Assembly (NCBI GenBank): GCA_044892505.1
Contig: CM097883.1
Coordinates: 257,238,001-257,302,000, forward strand
Source: Schmidtea nova
Lineage: Eukaryota
Length of the DNA stretch: 64,000 nucleotides
Reading direction: 5' to 3'
The first letter of the stretch is position 1. Every line of letters starts with the position of its first letter. The notes under the pieces are model-generated. The model saw only the letters and a program-made list of their open reading frames with translations, made no database searches and was not told the DNA's origin. The position numbers and the translations under genes are program-made. Positions 1 to 12,529 of the stretch are shown in pieces.

Positions 1-361
1 CTTGATGTACTCTTTTTGTCTTTCTTTATTTCTTTAAAGTTCTATAATATACATACCCCTCGACCCACGACTGTTCTTTTTACTTCGTATTGACTAGCGT
101 TTCTTAATTCCTTTCATTTCTTTTCGTATCAAATTTCGTTTGGCTTCATTTTTAATTAGCTCAATTGATCCACCATTTCAAATACTTTCGTTTTGTCTGT
201 CATATTGGTTTTTTGCTTTACTCTTATCGCGTCTGATGAGGTTAATCTACCTTCGTATTCCGTTGTATTAATTAGTTTAATATAGTCTAATTTTAGGTTT
301 TCTTTTCTAGATCTCTTTTCTGGCCTGATTTACCCATTTTCCTTTCTGATTTTCTTTGTGA

Positions 362-396
<35 letters not shown>

Positions 397-611
397 GTTG
401 TCTGGGTTTACAGTGAACTAGCTTGATGATTTCTTGATTTTTTTTTTTTTTTTTTTTTTGCTTATTGATTTTTGAAATACATATACATTGGGTTTACATA
501 TATCTGTTTCATTACTGGTATTTAAATTTCTTTGATTTCTACAAATAGTAATACCATATTGATACGTATACATTGAATTTGCTATTTACAATTTATCCAC
601 TTTATTTCTTT

Positions 612-3587
612 CTACACTTCCCTCTTCACCACCTCATTGTTTGCGGTGAGAGCTTTTACGGTTTCTACATTTTTTGCTATTTCGACGAATTCTGATGCCG
701 ACTCTTGATAGTTTCGATTTTCCTTCTCTTCTAATCGAGTTATTACTGACATTAGTTGGTTTTGAGATCTGGTTATTATTTCTTTTTGTATAATAATTTC
801 TTGTTGATAAATGAGAGCTAATCGCATCATATTAGTAAATTGTGTCTCTTGACTTTTATTTTCTTCCATCAAGATTTTTTGTTTTCTACTGAGATTGTTT
901 ACTTGCTTTTCCAACATGTGGACTCTATTATCTTCCCATTTGTTTATGTTGTTCAACTGCTTTTGGTTTCCTTGATTTGCGTATTCCTTGTTGTTTTGAT
1001 TAATTTTCGCCTGATTCCTTGCTATGGTACACTGGAATGCTAAATGTCCTCTTTGTCTGCATTGGTAACATATTTGTACATACTCATGAGTCACTTTGTT
1101 TCGTTCCTTCTTGTGATCGTTTTGAACAATTCGATTTTCGTAATACCCTTCTACCTGTTTGTTATTATTATTTATGAATTCGTATTGCTTCGTTTCTTTG
1201 GTTGTCTTTGACCTACTTTTGTTACTGATTTTGTCCAGCTGATTTTGGTTTTCCTGTTGTTTCTTGCGATTCCGGCAATTTCTTGAAATGTGCCCTTTTT
1301 TCCCACAGTTGTAACATCCTTGAATACCACAAACTTTCTTTCCATGTCCTTTCCTTCCACATTTGGTACATACTTTGTTCTTGAAACAGCTGCTTTCTAA
1401 GTGTCCTTGTCTTTGGCAGCATTTACACCATTTGTCCTTTTTGTATAGATACTCTTCTTTTAGTTCTTGTTGGCTTTTCTTTTCCTTCTTTTCCTTCTTT
1501 TCATTTTTGTTTCCTTCTTCTGCGTTTCTGGTTTGTTCTTTTCTCTTTTCGACTTCTGTCATATCGTTTATTACTGACTGCTTGCTGTGTTTATTTCCCG
1601 TGACAAGTTGATCTATTGTTATCTTTCCCATTTCTTCGATTATTTCGCTTTCAATTATGGTTTTTCTGTCCTGCTCTGTTTGATTCCTAGTTTCTATTTT
1701 TCTTAGCATATTGATTCTTGGTTTATTCTTTTCTTGTTGTTTCCATAATTCTTCTATCTTTTGTGCATTATTACTTCTATTCGCCATTTTCAACATATCT
1801 GCTTTTAGTAGTTCTTCCTTTATCTTCCTGCAATGTTCCTCGTTGTCACAGGCCTGCAATCCTCCTAATTTACTCCATGTGAATTCTTCTTGACGGGCTT
1901 CTTTGATTGTTGGCTTTTGTAGTTCTGATTGGCAACTGGTCATCATGTTGATTCTCAATATTTTTCTTGCTAGTTCATTTCCATTTTCTTTGAATTTCGC
2001 GGTTTCGTCCTTTTCACTTGTGACTGTTATCTGTTTGAGTACTTCTTCAAATTGCTCCTTTTGTTCTTGGAATCTTCCTTGTAATATACGAGCTTCATCC
2101 CCATTTAGTTTGCTGCCACGTTCTTCTCCTATTCTTGCCTCATCTAATTGCAACTCTAGCCATTCTCGACGTTGTTTCTCTTGTGGTGTTTCTTCTGTTA
2201 GTGTTGGTTCGATGAATGTAAGTTTGTTGATTTTTGGTTGTTGCGTTATTCTTGTCCTCTTTTTGATCACCTCATTTAGCCTTAAGATTTCTTGCATTAG
2301 TCTTATTTCTCTGTCATTCGGGTTGTTGCTCAGACTATTGTTTTGATTATAGCTGTTTACTCCGTTTCCATTGGTCTGCTGGTTTCCTTGTAGATTATTT
2401 TTTGTCCCACATTTTCGTGCTATATGTCCTAATTCGCCACAACTATAGCATCCCCGTATTCCACATATTTTCTCAGAATGTCCCCACATCTTGCACTTCT
2501 CGCAAAATTGATTTTTATAACACTCACTACTCGAATGTCCGGATTTCCAACATGTTTGGCATTGTTTGGTGTTGTTCAGGGTGTTATTGTTTCTGGGGTT
2601 ATTCTTGTTGTTGCCTGTATCGTCGTTATTTTCTTTCCTCGTTTGTCTGTTCCCAGTTCCTTGGTTTGATTTCTTTGGCTTAACTTGATTCCCTTCGTCT
2701 TCCGATTCGTTTGGTGTTACTGTTACGATTCTGATGTCGTTTACTCCTATGTGTAACTCATATCTATTTGCAATTTCTAGCGCATCGTCAATTGTTAGGC
2801 ATCCTTTACATCCCACTTGAGCTCGAATATCTGGCCTTCTCAACCCTCGCACAAATATTGCTGTCATCAATTCTTCGTTTATAGGGTTTTCTCTGTTGAA
2901 TGCTAGTTTGGATAATTTCCTTAGTTCGCTTGCGTATACCGCATTTGACTCGTTCTTCCTCTGCCTTCTTGCTGAAAAATCATCGAATGCCTGGCTTAAT
3001 ACTTTGTTTATTCCGAATGTTTGTCGGAAAAATTCTTTTATTTCGTCCCAATTTTTAAATGGTTTGGTTCCTCCTTGGGCTTCTAGGTACAAGTCTAACG
3101 CACTGTCTCTAAGGTATAGTGGGATTCGACCGATTATTGTTTCTGGATCCCATCTATATACCTCGACGAATACACCAAATTCTTTTAAAAACGTTTCTAA
3201 TCTACTAGCGTCTCCGTTGAATGGTTCGCCTTGAAATCTTTCTCGATATTCTTTTCTCTTTTGTGCTATTGACGTTGCTGGTGTATTTGACTCATTTCCG
3301 TTTCTTTCGATATTCATTTTCCTGTTTCTTGTTTCCCTGTTTCTTGTTTCCCAATTTGTTGTTTTATTCTCCGTATACTTTTCTGGTTGTTCAATTTGTG
3401 CTTGGCTTTTCCTAGAGTTATCTTCGATGCTTGTTCTTGTTGTCTTTTGATAGAATTGGGTGTTTATTGAAATTTTTCTGATTTCTTTGATGCTTGATTC
3501 ACTGTTTGTATTCTGGGTGTATTTATCGTTTGTTATTTGATAGGGTCTTTTTATTGATACTGATCGTGCTCTTTTAATTTTTTCCAC
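612..3587 (-). CDS. gag: Gag-like protein of element A (capsid-like region plus 7 CCHC zinc knuckles), 991 aa; annotated start is GTG, first ATG near residue 91
   Basis: CX2CX4HX4C motifs CQTCWKSGHSSSEC, CEKCKMWGHSEKIC, CYSCGELGHIARKC, CKCCQRQGHLESSC, CTKCGRKGHGKKVC, CYNCGKKGHISRNC, CYQCRQRGHLAFQC; capsid region alignable by eye to residues ~150-280 of the 5129-aa ORF. Confidence 0.88.
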   Translation of the reverse strand: MEKIKRARSVSIKRPYQITNDKYTQNTNSESSIKEIRKISINTQFYQKTTRTSIEDNSRKSQAQIEQPEKYTENKTTNWETRNRETRNRKMNIERNGNESNTPATSIAQKRKEYRERFQGEPFNGDASRLETFLKEFGVFVEVYRWDPETIIGRIPLYLRDSALDLYLEAQGGTKPFKNWDEIKEFFRQTFGINKVLSQAFDDFSARRQRKNESNAVYASELRKLSKLAFNRENPINEELMTAIFVRGLRRPDIRAQVGCKGCLTIDDALEIANRYELHIGVNDIRIVTVTPNESEDEGNQVKPKKSNQGTGNRQTRKENNDDTGNNKNNPRNNNTLNNTKQCQTCWKSGHSSSECYKNQFCEKCKMWGHSEKICGIRGCYSCGELGHIARKCGTKNNLQGNQQTNGNGVNSYNQNNSLSNNPNDREIRLMQEILRLNEVIKKRTRITQQPKINKLTFIEPTLTEETPQEKQRREWLELQLDEARIGEERGSKLNGDEARILQGRFQEQKEQFEEVLKQITVTSEKDETAKFKENGNELARKILRINMMTSCQSELQKPTIKEARQEEFTWSKLGGLQACDNEEHCRKIKEELLKADMLKMANRSNNAQKIEELWKQQEKNKPRINMLRKIETRNQTEQDRKTIIESEIIEEMGKITIDQLVTGNKHSKQSVINDMTEVEKRKEQTRNAEEGNKNEKKEKKEKKSQQELKEEYLYKKDKWCKCCQRQGHLESSCFKNKVCTKCGRKGHGKKVCGIQGCYNCGKKGHISRNCRNRKKQQENQNQLDKISNKSRSKTTKETKQYEFINNNNKQVEGYYENRIVQNDHKKERNKVTHEYVQICYQCRQRGHLAFQCTIARNQAKINQNNKEYANQGNQKQLNNINKWEDNRVHMLEKQVNNLSRKQKILMEENKSQETQFTNMMRLALIYQQEIIIQKEIITRSQNQLMSVITRLEEKENRNYQESASEFVEIAKNVETVKALTANNEVVKREV

Positions 3588-4680
3588 TACGGATTTGTCT
3601 AATAATTGGTTAAATTTAGAACTGGGTCTGAATTTTTTTCTGTAAAGATTCTCAATGATGGCGAATTTCTTTCCTGATTTGGATTCCGATTTTGGTACGG
3701 TTACTCAATTTACCGTTGGCTTTTTTTTTTGACTTGGGTTTGTCCTCTTGAATTATGTTTTACTTGTTCTGTATCTGTAGCTTTCTGTTCGTTTGACTTG
3801 TTGGTTGTTGTTGACTTGAATTGGTTGCTTGGTTCGTTGTTTGATTGAAATCTACAAAATAAAATACACTTTTAACCATTTGGGTGGCTGTCACCGCTCA
3901 CCCAGTTCCTTCAAATAATTATTATTAAATAAATTCTGCTCTTTAGTTTTTTCGAATATTTATGGGTATTTTATGGCTCGGTTATCTTTCTCCCTTGATT
4001 TTATTCTATTCTATCTGTATTGCAATATTAATTGTACTTTACCTCGTCATAATTCATCTTAGACAATTCTTTTATTAACTTCATCACTTTGAACTTTTCA
4101 GTGTTTTGTTGCTTTTATTATTTTGGTAATTATGTTTCTTGACACTTAATTCTCTAAATCGATGTAATTCTTTTGAATTATTCTATATCCTTGCTTCTTG
4201 TGGTCTTTATGTCCTTTCTTATAATATCTCGAATTCTCTCGAATTTAGTTGTTTTACTCTTGTCGTCTTCACTATTTTCTCTAGTCGATGATTCTTAGTT
4301 TATTTCACTTAGGTTTTATGTCACACAATTATTATCTATTCGTTCCTACAACTTTTACTTGATCGTACAGCTATTGTTTTAATTGTTTATAACACTTTTA
4401 TTTTACTTGTTCGATTTTTACTCCGTTCTATCCTTTGTTATTTTACTTTAACTATGTATGCTGCTTTTTTTCAGTCAATATTTAGACTACATCATCAGCT
4501 TGTCTCTCGTATCCTTTTAATCCTCTGGTGCGCACCTTTTAACTCTATGAAACTCTAATCGTCGACGACTTTATTTTCCTCAATCGCTATTACTATTTCT
4601 ACTATCCGGATAGTTTTTAATATGACTCTCTTTAATCTAATAATTTCTATAATAAACCCTTGACCTCTTTCAAATTATTT

Positions 4681-5975
4681 TATGCCCCTTTTAATATATT
4701 CATGGCTCTATATGTCCCTTGGCCTCAATTTTATTGTATGTCCCTTTTAATATATTCATGGCTCTATATGTCCCATGGCCTCAATTTTATTGTATGTCCC
4801 TTTTAATATATTCATGGCTCTATATGTCCCTTGGCCTCAATTTTATTTTATGTCCCTTTTAATATATTCATGGCTCTATATGTCCCTTGGCCTCAATTTT
4901 ATTGTATGTCCCTTTTAATATATTCATGGCTCTATATGTCCCTTGGCCTCAATTTTATTGTAAAGTCCCTTTTAATATATTCATGGCTCTATATGTCCCT
5001 TGGCCTCAATTTTATTTTATGTCCCTTTTAATATATTCATGGCTCTATATGTCCCTTGGCCTCAATTTTATTTTATGTCCCTTTTAATATATTCATGGCT
5101 CTATATGTCCCTTGGCCTCAATTTTATTGTAAAGTCCCTTTTAATATATTCCTGGCTCTATATGTCCCTTGGCCTCAATTTTATTTTATGTCCCTTTTAA
5201 TATATTCATGGCTCTATATGTCCCTTGGCCTCAATTTTATTGTATGTCCCTTTTAATATATTCATGGCTCTATATGTCCCTTGGCCTCAATTTTATTTTA
5301 TGTCCCTTTTAATATATTCATGGCTCTATATGTCCCTTGGCCTCAATTTTATTTTATGTCCCTTTTAATATATTCATGGCTCTATATGTCCCTTGGCCTC
5401 AATTTTATTTTATGTCCCTTTTAATATATTCATGGCTCTATATGTCCCTTGGCCTCAATTTTATTTTATGTCCCTTTTAATATATTCATGGCTCTATATG
5501 TCCCATGGCCTCAATTTTATTTTATGTCCCTTTTAATATATTCATGGCTCTATATGTCCCTTGGCCTCAATTTTATTTTATGTCCCTTTTAATATATTCA
5601 TGGCTCTATATGTCCCTTGGCCTCAATTTTATTTTATGTCCCTTTTAATATATTCATGGCTCTATATGTCCCTTGGCCTCAATTTTATTTTATGTCCCTT
5701 TTAATATATTCATGGCTCTATATGTCCTTTGGCCTCAATTTTATATTATGTCCCTTTTAATATATTCATGGCTCTATATGTCCCTTGGCCTCAATTTTAT
5801 TTTATGTCCCTTTTAATATATTCATGGCTCTATATGTCCCTAGGCCTCAATTTTATTTTATGTCCCTTTTAATATATTCATGGCTCTATATGTCCCTTGG
5901 CCTCAATTTTATTTTATGTCCCTTTTAATATATTCATGGCTCTATATGTCCCTTGGCCTCAATTTTATTTTATGT
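4681..5975. repeat. Tandem array of ~23 copies of a 56-bp unit in the element A leader
   Basis: Unit tatgtcccttttaatatattcatggctctatatgtcccttggcctcaattttattt repeats directly, with minor variants (attgta, gtaaagt); tatgtccctt occurs twice per unit. Confidence 0.97.
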
Positions 5976-8768
5976 TTCTCACATGGCACACTGGCCCTAT
6001 TTATCCTATTCTGAGTTGATTTTCCATTTATCTTATTCTAGACCGGTCTATTTATGGCCGTTAATTATCGGCAACTATATTTACTAATCTCAGTTGATTA
6101 ATTCCTACTACCTCTATTCATTCTAACTTCTACAACGTCGTTTTATTCTGATTTTTCGGTATTCTCGTTTTTATGCTATCGTCTTTTATCGTTACTTAAT
6201 TGTTATTCATGCTAGCTAGCTTTTATTTCACTTTCCTTATTCGCTATATTTACCTGGTTCGTTTCAATTGTTACTTTTCCCTTGCTTTCTTGGTTCTGAC
6301 AGCGCTGTTTCTACGAAGTTTCAAATTCTCGTGATGTTTTATTAGTTTAATTTTATTCCTTGTAAGCTTACAGATTTTCTCTCTTGCTTCTATGATTTAA
6401 CTATTCACGGTGTATTTTTATATTACCTATTTTTATTGCGCACTTTTTATAATTTATATTCGTTATGGGATTTCCTTCACTTCCTGACTCCAGATAAGAG
6501 ACAATCGCACTAGTCCATTCCAGAATCGTATGGTGATCAGTCACACGCAAGAATTTTCCAGCCTCTGCGATGGTACCCAGTCTCTCATCCTTCATCGAGG
6601 ATGATCGGTAATTTCCAAATTATTATATCGTACTACCTTTGTGGTAGCTCAAAAATTCGTTTTACTATTACCTAACAAGCTATTCAACATACACTAAATT
6701 GAAAATAATTGGTTCTATTCGAATGATTTGGTTCTAAATCTTTTCCTTTTTAATTTACCCATCTTTTAGTTTGATTTCCCTACCAGCCAGTCTTTATTCG
6801 GTTACTTTGTGATCTACTATCGTCTATCTTAATTTTGTTATCCCTATTTTTTTAACTTATTTTGTCTCTACCCCGTTATTTCTGGATTCTGTTTTGAGTT
6901 TAGCTCATTTTTTTTTAATTGTCCTTTTACACGATTTTACTTTTGCTTCCGTTCATTTCGTTTAATTATTATTAATTTTTATTCGTCTCTGTTCGTAATA
7001 TTTACTGTTGTTTGTTTCCCCCGATTCCCCGGTCTTACTTTATTAGACCTGCTTTTCTTTCTCGTCGAATTTATCTTTCAAGTAGGCATGTCATCCGTTT
7101 TTTATAGTTTTAATTTCCGGTTAGCGTTTTCTTTTAATATTTTCTGTGCTGTTCTCTCCGCGGTTTCCTCCAAATGTCGTCCTCGACATAATGTTCGTTT
7201 TGTATTTGTTAACGTCATATATGTTGTTTGCAATTTATCTTTGATCTTGACTTTTTCTCTTTGAGTAACGTAGTTCTCGTCCGATAAGTTTTCAGCTTGT
7301 GTATTTTCCCTGGTTATTTACTACTTTTAGAGCTTTTACTTTAGCTTGGTTCGACTTTACCTCTTGATTTACTACTAACTTCCTTATAACTTTCATATTT
7401 TTCGCAAACAAACGTCTTTATCCATTTACATTAGTTGTTTTTATATTTACTTTACTTTTGGCTTTATATCGGTTATTTCTTTCGTTTTATTCAATCATAC
7501 TTCCTTTCCCACCTTTCTCTATTCAAACGTTCCTCTATGCGAATCTTTCAACAAATTCTAAGCACTTATCCTTTATTCACTCACATTTTTCTATCTGTTA
7601 ATGGTTTTTATCACAAATAATACTTTGCACTAATTGCATTCCATTTGCTGATTTCGACATAATTTCTGTAACGACGCTGTATTTCTTTTTCCAATATTTG
7701 CTCTAGCAACTACAAAATTTGATTTATTCCTTGTTTTTCGTTTCATTATAGCTTTGAACGTTAATCATTGTCTTTCCGCTTAAATTTTCGGCGGGTCCTA
7801 TTCATTCTAACAAGATGAGTATTTTCCGTTTTCGGGCATTATTCATTGTTAGTCAATGCATATTTTCAATTTTGACGTTAATTACTGCAATATTTCCTAT
7901 ATTTCCGATTTTGATTTTTTTTTTCACTGTACTGCAGCACATTCTTTTTATTTTGATGTTGTTCACTGAAATATTACATATCTTATCGCTTTTGATATTA
8001 TTCACTGATATGTCACGTATCTTTTCGATTTCGATGATATTCATTGACACGCAATATACATTTTCGCCTTTGGTGTTATTTGTTGAAGCTCCTCATTAAA
8101 TTTCGATTTTATTGGTTGATATACAATCCTTTTCCAACTTTTGATGTTAATCACTGAAATATGTTCGTTCTCATTACTTTCGATGCAGTACAATTTTGTT
8201 TCGTCAGTTTTGATGTTATTCACAGTCATTATGCATTTTAAATATTTTAATATTATTCATTGTCATATCACAAATTTTACCTATTTTTATGTTATTCATC
8301 GTCATATCAACTATTTTATCTATTTTGATGTTAATCATTGTACTACTATTTATTTTACAGAATTTGCTGTTATTCACTGCAATCTAACCATCCGTTTTTA
8401 GGTATAATTTAATGTCTGCTTGTTCTACCATTAATTCATTGTAACACGAATCATCCTACTAAATTCAACGACATTCATACCATACAGCTCTTAATATTTG
8501 TTTTGTACTGTAATTTACTGTTAACTTATTCAACTATCAATCTGAATGCTATTCATTATCCTTACAATGTTATTACTTGCCTAGTCACTCCCCATCAACT
8601 ATTGCTTCGCTTTCCTTAATAAAATCACTTTCATCTCGCGGGAGAACGCACTCTTTTTCATTTTATTTTTATTTTTACCCATAAAAATCGCTATCAATTC
8701 CGGCTAATTATGCACGACAAAACTCTTTCTTTATGTTTGTTTTTCACTTTCCCCATAAAACTACTTTC

Positions 8769-8786
8769 ATCCCGGCTGAGCCCCCA
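8769..8786 (-). promoter_or_regulatory. Primer-binding site (tRNA-Pro type) of element A
   Basis: Minus strand TGGGGGCTCAGCCGGGAT, 6 nt from the LTR end; 16/18 identical to the classical tRNA-Pro PBS TGGGGGCTCGTCCGGGAT. Confidence 0.85.
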
Positions 8787-8792
8787 AATTTA

Positions 8793-10503
8793 TGCTGGGT
8801 TTATGGGTGGGTTTTAAATGATTAATAATAAATAAATAAATAATAATTAAACAAATAATCATAAATAAGTATACTAGGGATGCCTCACCCATAACCATAC
8901 ATAAAAAACAAATCGTCTCACTCGCATGCCCCTAACTATTCCCTACCTAGTTAGGTTGGAACTGCGCGCGGTGGTTGAAAAATGATGGGCAGGTGAGCTC
9001 CATCGCTGGAACTACTCCCCATTTATTTTCACGGGTTCTCGCTGCCGCTAGAAGGTCTTACGCGTTATCCTCTCAAAGTCTACGCTCGACTTCCTTAAAA
9101 AAATTAACAAACGTCTTTTAAATAGAGATTTGATTTAGCTACAAACTCAAAATAATGCGCTGCACCTTAAAATTATATTTATTTATAAAAACTCTCGAAA
9201 ATCTCCTTTACTCTAAATCACTGCTATGTCGTTGCATCGCTATGCGTAACAAAATCTATTGATCAAGTTCGTCTTGCTAACATTTTAATTCTGAAATTAA
9301 ATCACTACATAAGATGTAAAATTCCTGTAAAGCTCCAAAATTATCGCTGAAAAATGAGCAAACCTCAAAACCTATCGTTCAACACTCAAAAATCCTATCA
9401 TTATATGAAACCCTCAAAATCTATCGCAGTTTCCAAAACTATTCTCTATGTGCAACCATTCATTATGTGCAAACTCAAAAATATCCGAAAAATCCCAGAT
9501 ACATAAATTATAAAAAGGTACAACCGCCGTGTGAAGCGACGAGGCTCCACGATGACGACTATGTCTCCCTCGCCGCGTTAGCAGCCTAGGAAGCATAACT
9601 ATATAAATATTTTATATAATAACTACAATAATACTCATCATCGAATATTTATTTTCGGAAAAATTAGCCTCAAAACTTTACTATGACCACTACATAACAA
9701 ATTACCCAACACATCTCACACAAAATTACTCAAATAACACAAAAATACCCGTTCGAAATCGATCCACACGACTGGCGAAATCAAAACCAAAATTTTGCTC
9801 TCAGTAAATTAATGCCAAGTAAGTTTAGATTGTGATTTTTCAGCATCTATTTATACTAATTTTACTGACGCTTAGATATTTTGTTATTAACATAATTTAT
9901 TAACAATTTAAACTTACTTATTAATTTTAATAAGTGAGCATTTATTTATCTTTCATAAATTTAACTTTATAATTTGATTTATTTGTTTCGAAAATATTTG
10001 TTTTTAATCCTATTAAATTAGGTGTGTATCTATTGTTTTATTGTGTATTTATTGATTAAAACAATTTAATTTTAAATCTATTTTCATTCCTATCTCTATT
10101 AATTTTGCGATATTTCAATGGGGATTTATTCTATAATTTTTAATAAATTATTTTCTTTATTCTGATACCGATTTTATTCTTTGATCATACTTTTCATAAT
10201 CACTTTACAAGCACTGATCTTCCCCATTCAATTCTCATGCGGTCCTTCGTGTGTAAATCTGACCTGCACTCAAATTGTGTGCTCTCCTTTGAGATGCCTC
10301 TTTTTATCGCTTCAACCCTATCTCGACAGACTTATAAGATGCAGTTCGTATGACTACTATTGTACTTAACTGTTTTTATTTTCCCTTGCGTTATTTTACT
10401 GCTTAACGTCTTGTCGTTCGTTTCTATTTGTTTCTCTTTGTATGTATTTATTTTTTTTAATAAATTTTAATAAAATTTTATTTTTGGTTTCACCAGCCCA
10501 ACA
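8793..10503 (-). repeat. 5' LTR of element A (~1711 bp)
   Basis: Termini TGTTGGG...CCCAGCA on the minus strand match element B LTR termini; the first ~270 bp on the plus strand align with element B LTR; adjacent PBS. The partner LTR is outside the window, so the outer boundary rests on terminal similarity only. Confidence 0.75.
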
Positions 10504-12294
10504 TGTTATATTAACTCTATACTAAATAGTAACCTTAATTATTTTTTTAATATTTTATAATAATTTTATTGGATGAAAAAAATTTATTTAAATTTTTTTG
10601 TGCGAATTGAATGTTGTCGGACGGTTTGTATTTTTTAAGTAAAAAGTCTCGGAAGCTAATCTTTGTAATGAATTTTTGAATACCTCTTGTAGAATCTGGC
10701 ATTTTGTTTCTTTAATAATTATTCTATAATTACTGGACTCAATATCGATCAAATACTAGAACACAAAAGAAATTTAGATAAGACTAACATCATAGTAAAA
10801 CCAATTTGTTGAATTCATTGTAAATGCTACCCGAATCGGAAGCTTTTAAAAGATAAGGAAGGGCTTCTTTATGCTCTCAAAAGATGCAATAAAGATCATT
10901 TGATTAATGAATAAAATTTTATTTTCATTCTTTGACTTTTTAATCTCATATTTTGATTCTTTTTTGTATGTTTTTATAAATTTTAAAGGTTTTTAAGGTA
11001 TTTGTTTAAGTATTTTAAAGTATTCATCTTTTGTTTGGTTATTTACTTGTATTATAACAAGTTTTCTTGTGTTTAATATCATTTTGGAAGGATTAAAATT
11101 ATTTGGTAACAATAAATCGATCAAACCAGTTAGATCAAAGATGATGCGAAACCAGTTAAATTGTATCTCGATCATCAAATTTATATTTTGGTAAATGAAA
11201 TCAAATAAAGGTTTTCAATAAACTGAGTATTAACACGAGTCTAAAGAAATGAATATTTTCATTATACATTGTCATTTTAAACAAGGTACTATTCTAAGAC
11301 CCTTAATAAGTTGAGTGCCATGTCATACTAATTTTGTTTCTCTACGCCACGTGAAAAAGATTTATTCTTAAAAAGAAATTTTAAAATTAAGAATTTATTT
11401 TGAAAGATTTTCATTTGTTTTGTAATTATATATTATAAAACTAAAACTTGCGATTTTACTAGATTTACCTATTTATTTCAAGACCTTATCATTGAAAAGG
11501 ATTAGATAACTTCAAGCTACCTTCGCGTTTTGCTTTATTCTTTAACTTGTTATCCAAATGTCTAATTTGAATTTCAATAAACTAGATCAACTGACTTTTG
11601 AAAAATTTATTTGAAATTTTTCCCATTGAAATGCAAAACTTTTTTCAAAGAAATTTACTATTTTCATTACAATAAACATATCATTTGTCTTTTCTTGATC
11701 CCCTCGTTTTTTGTTATATTTAATAATCATTTTATACCACCAGTTAAACAAAAGATGAATTTTATTTGCATCAAACATGACGGAATATTTTAAATTTTTC
11801 ATTTCTATTTTATTCCGATTACATTTTTTGAGATTTTTAGTTTCGTACCAAGGAGAACCTCAAAGAAAAAAATGCAATTTCTAACAAAAATCTATCAAAG
11901 GAAAAAAATACTTTTAATGCAAATATTTGATTATTTTGATTTTGTCTGCAGCTCTTAAAATTTGTTTTAATCAGGTATTCTGTAATTTACTTTCAAATCA
12001 TTGGAGTTAAATTGTAATTCCATAAAAACAATTTCAGATATTTAATGCATTACCTCTGTGATTATCATGCCGCTTCATTTCTAGTCGGTCTACTTGGTTG
12101 TCAGGTATGAAATTGCCGATTTTGTTTTAGTCTTTTCAGTTTTGGCATTTTCTTAACAATTATGTCTCTGCACATTTTTATGTAAGGAACTTATTATTGA
12201 ACTATTCTTTGTAATTAGTTTTATTTGGTTTTATTACTTTATTTATTTTAATCTACGATTAATGCTCATCGTTACACTGAATAACTTGCAATTA

Positions 12295-12495
12295 CATCTA
12301 TCCCCCGATTTACACTTTACTTTTTTTGCACGTTTTCGCTTTTACACGGTTTCGAAAATTATATTTTTTTTTATTTCACTCTTATCAATACATATTTATA
12401 ATAATAATGATAACAGTAGATGTCTCAATTTACACGGTTTCGATTTACACAGAATTCTCAGGAACCAATCTACCGTGTAAATCGGGGGATAGGTG
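12295..12495. mobile_element. Tc1/mariner-superfamily MITE (~200 bp)
   Basis: 21-bp terminal inverted repeats catctatcccccgatttacac / gtgtaaatcgggggataggtg (1 mismatch), flanked by TA on both sides. Confidence 0.75.
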
Positions 12496-12529
12496 TATTC
12501 GTTCTAATCTGCCACAAAAATACTTATCT

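Larger units (their letters stand above)
1..10503 (-). mobile_element. 5' part of a giant Gypsy-type LTR retrotransposon (element A), sister family of element B; continues beyond window start
   Basis: LTR 8793-10503, PBS 8769-8786 identical to element B, leader tandem array, and a Gag ORF clearly homologous to the element B Gag (FNGDASRLETFLKEFGVFVEV vs FNGDASKLETFLKEFGIFVEV). No pol or 3' LTR within the window. Confidence 0.85.

Noticed and set aside
365-460. Two long poly-T runs as LINE/SINE or retrocopy tails
   Set aside because: No associated element body or TSD visible; they lie inside element A and may be simple homopolymers.
4831-5256. Four near-identical 66-aa hydrophobic ORFs
   Set aside because: Products of translating the 56-bp tandem array; not genes.
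6401-6595. 64-aa ORF in the element A leader as an accessory gene
   Set aside because: The homologous region in element B has stops in this frame; treated as conserved non-coding sequence instead.
8769-8786. tRNA genes at the tRNA-like 18-mers (also 25145-25162 and 60663-60680)
   Set aside because: Only the 3'-terminal 18 nt including CCA are present, next to LTR ends; these are primer-binding sites.
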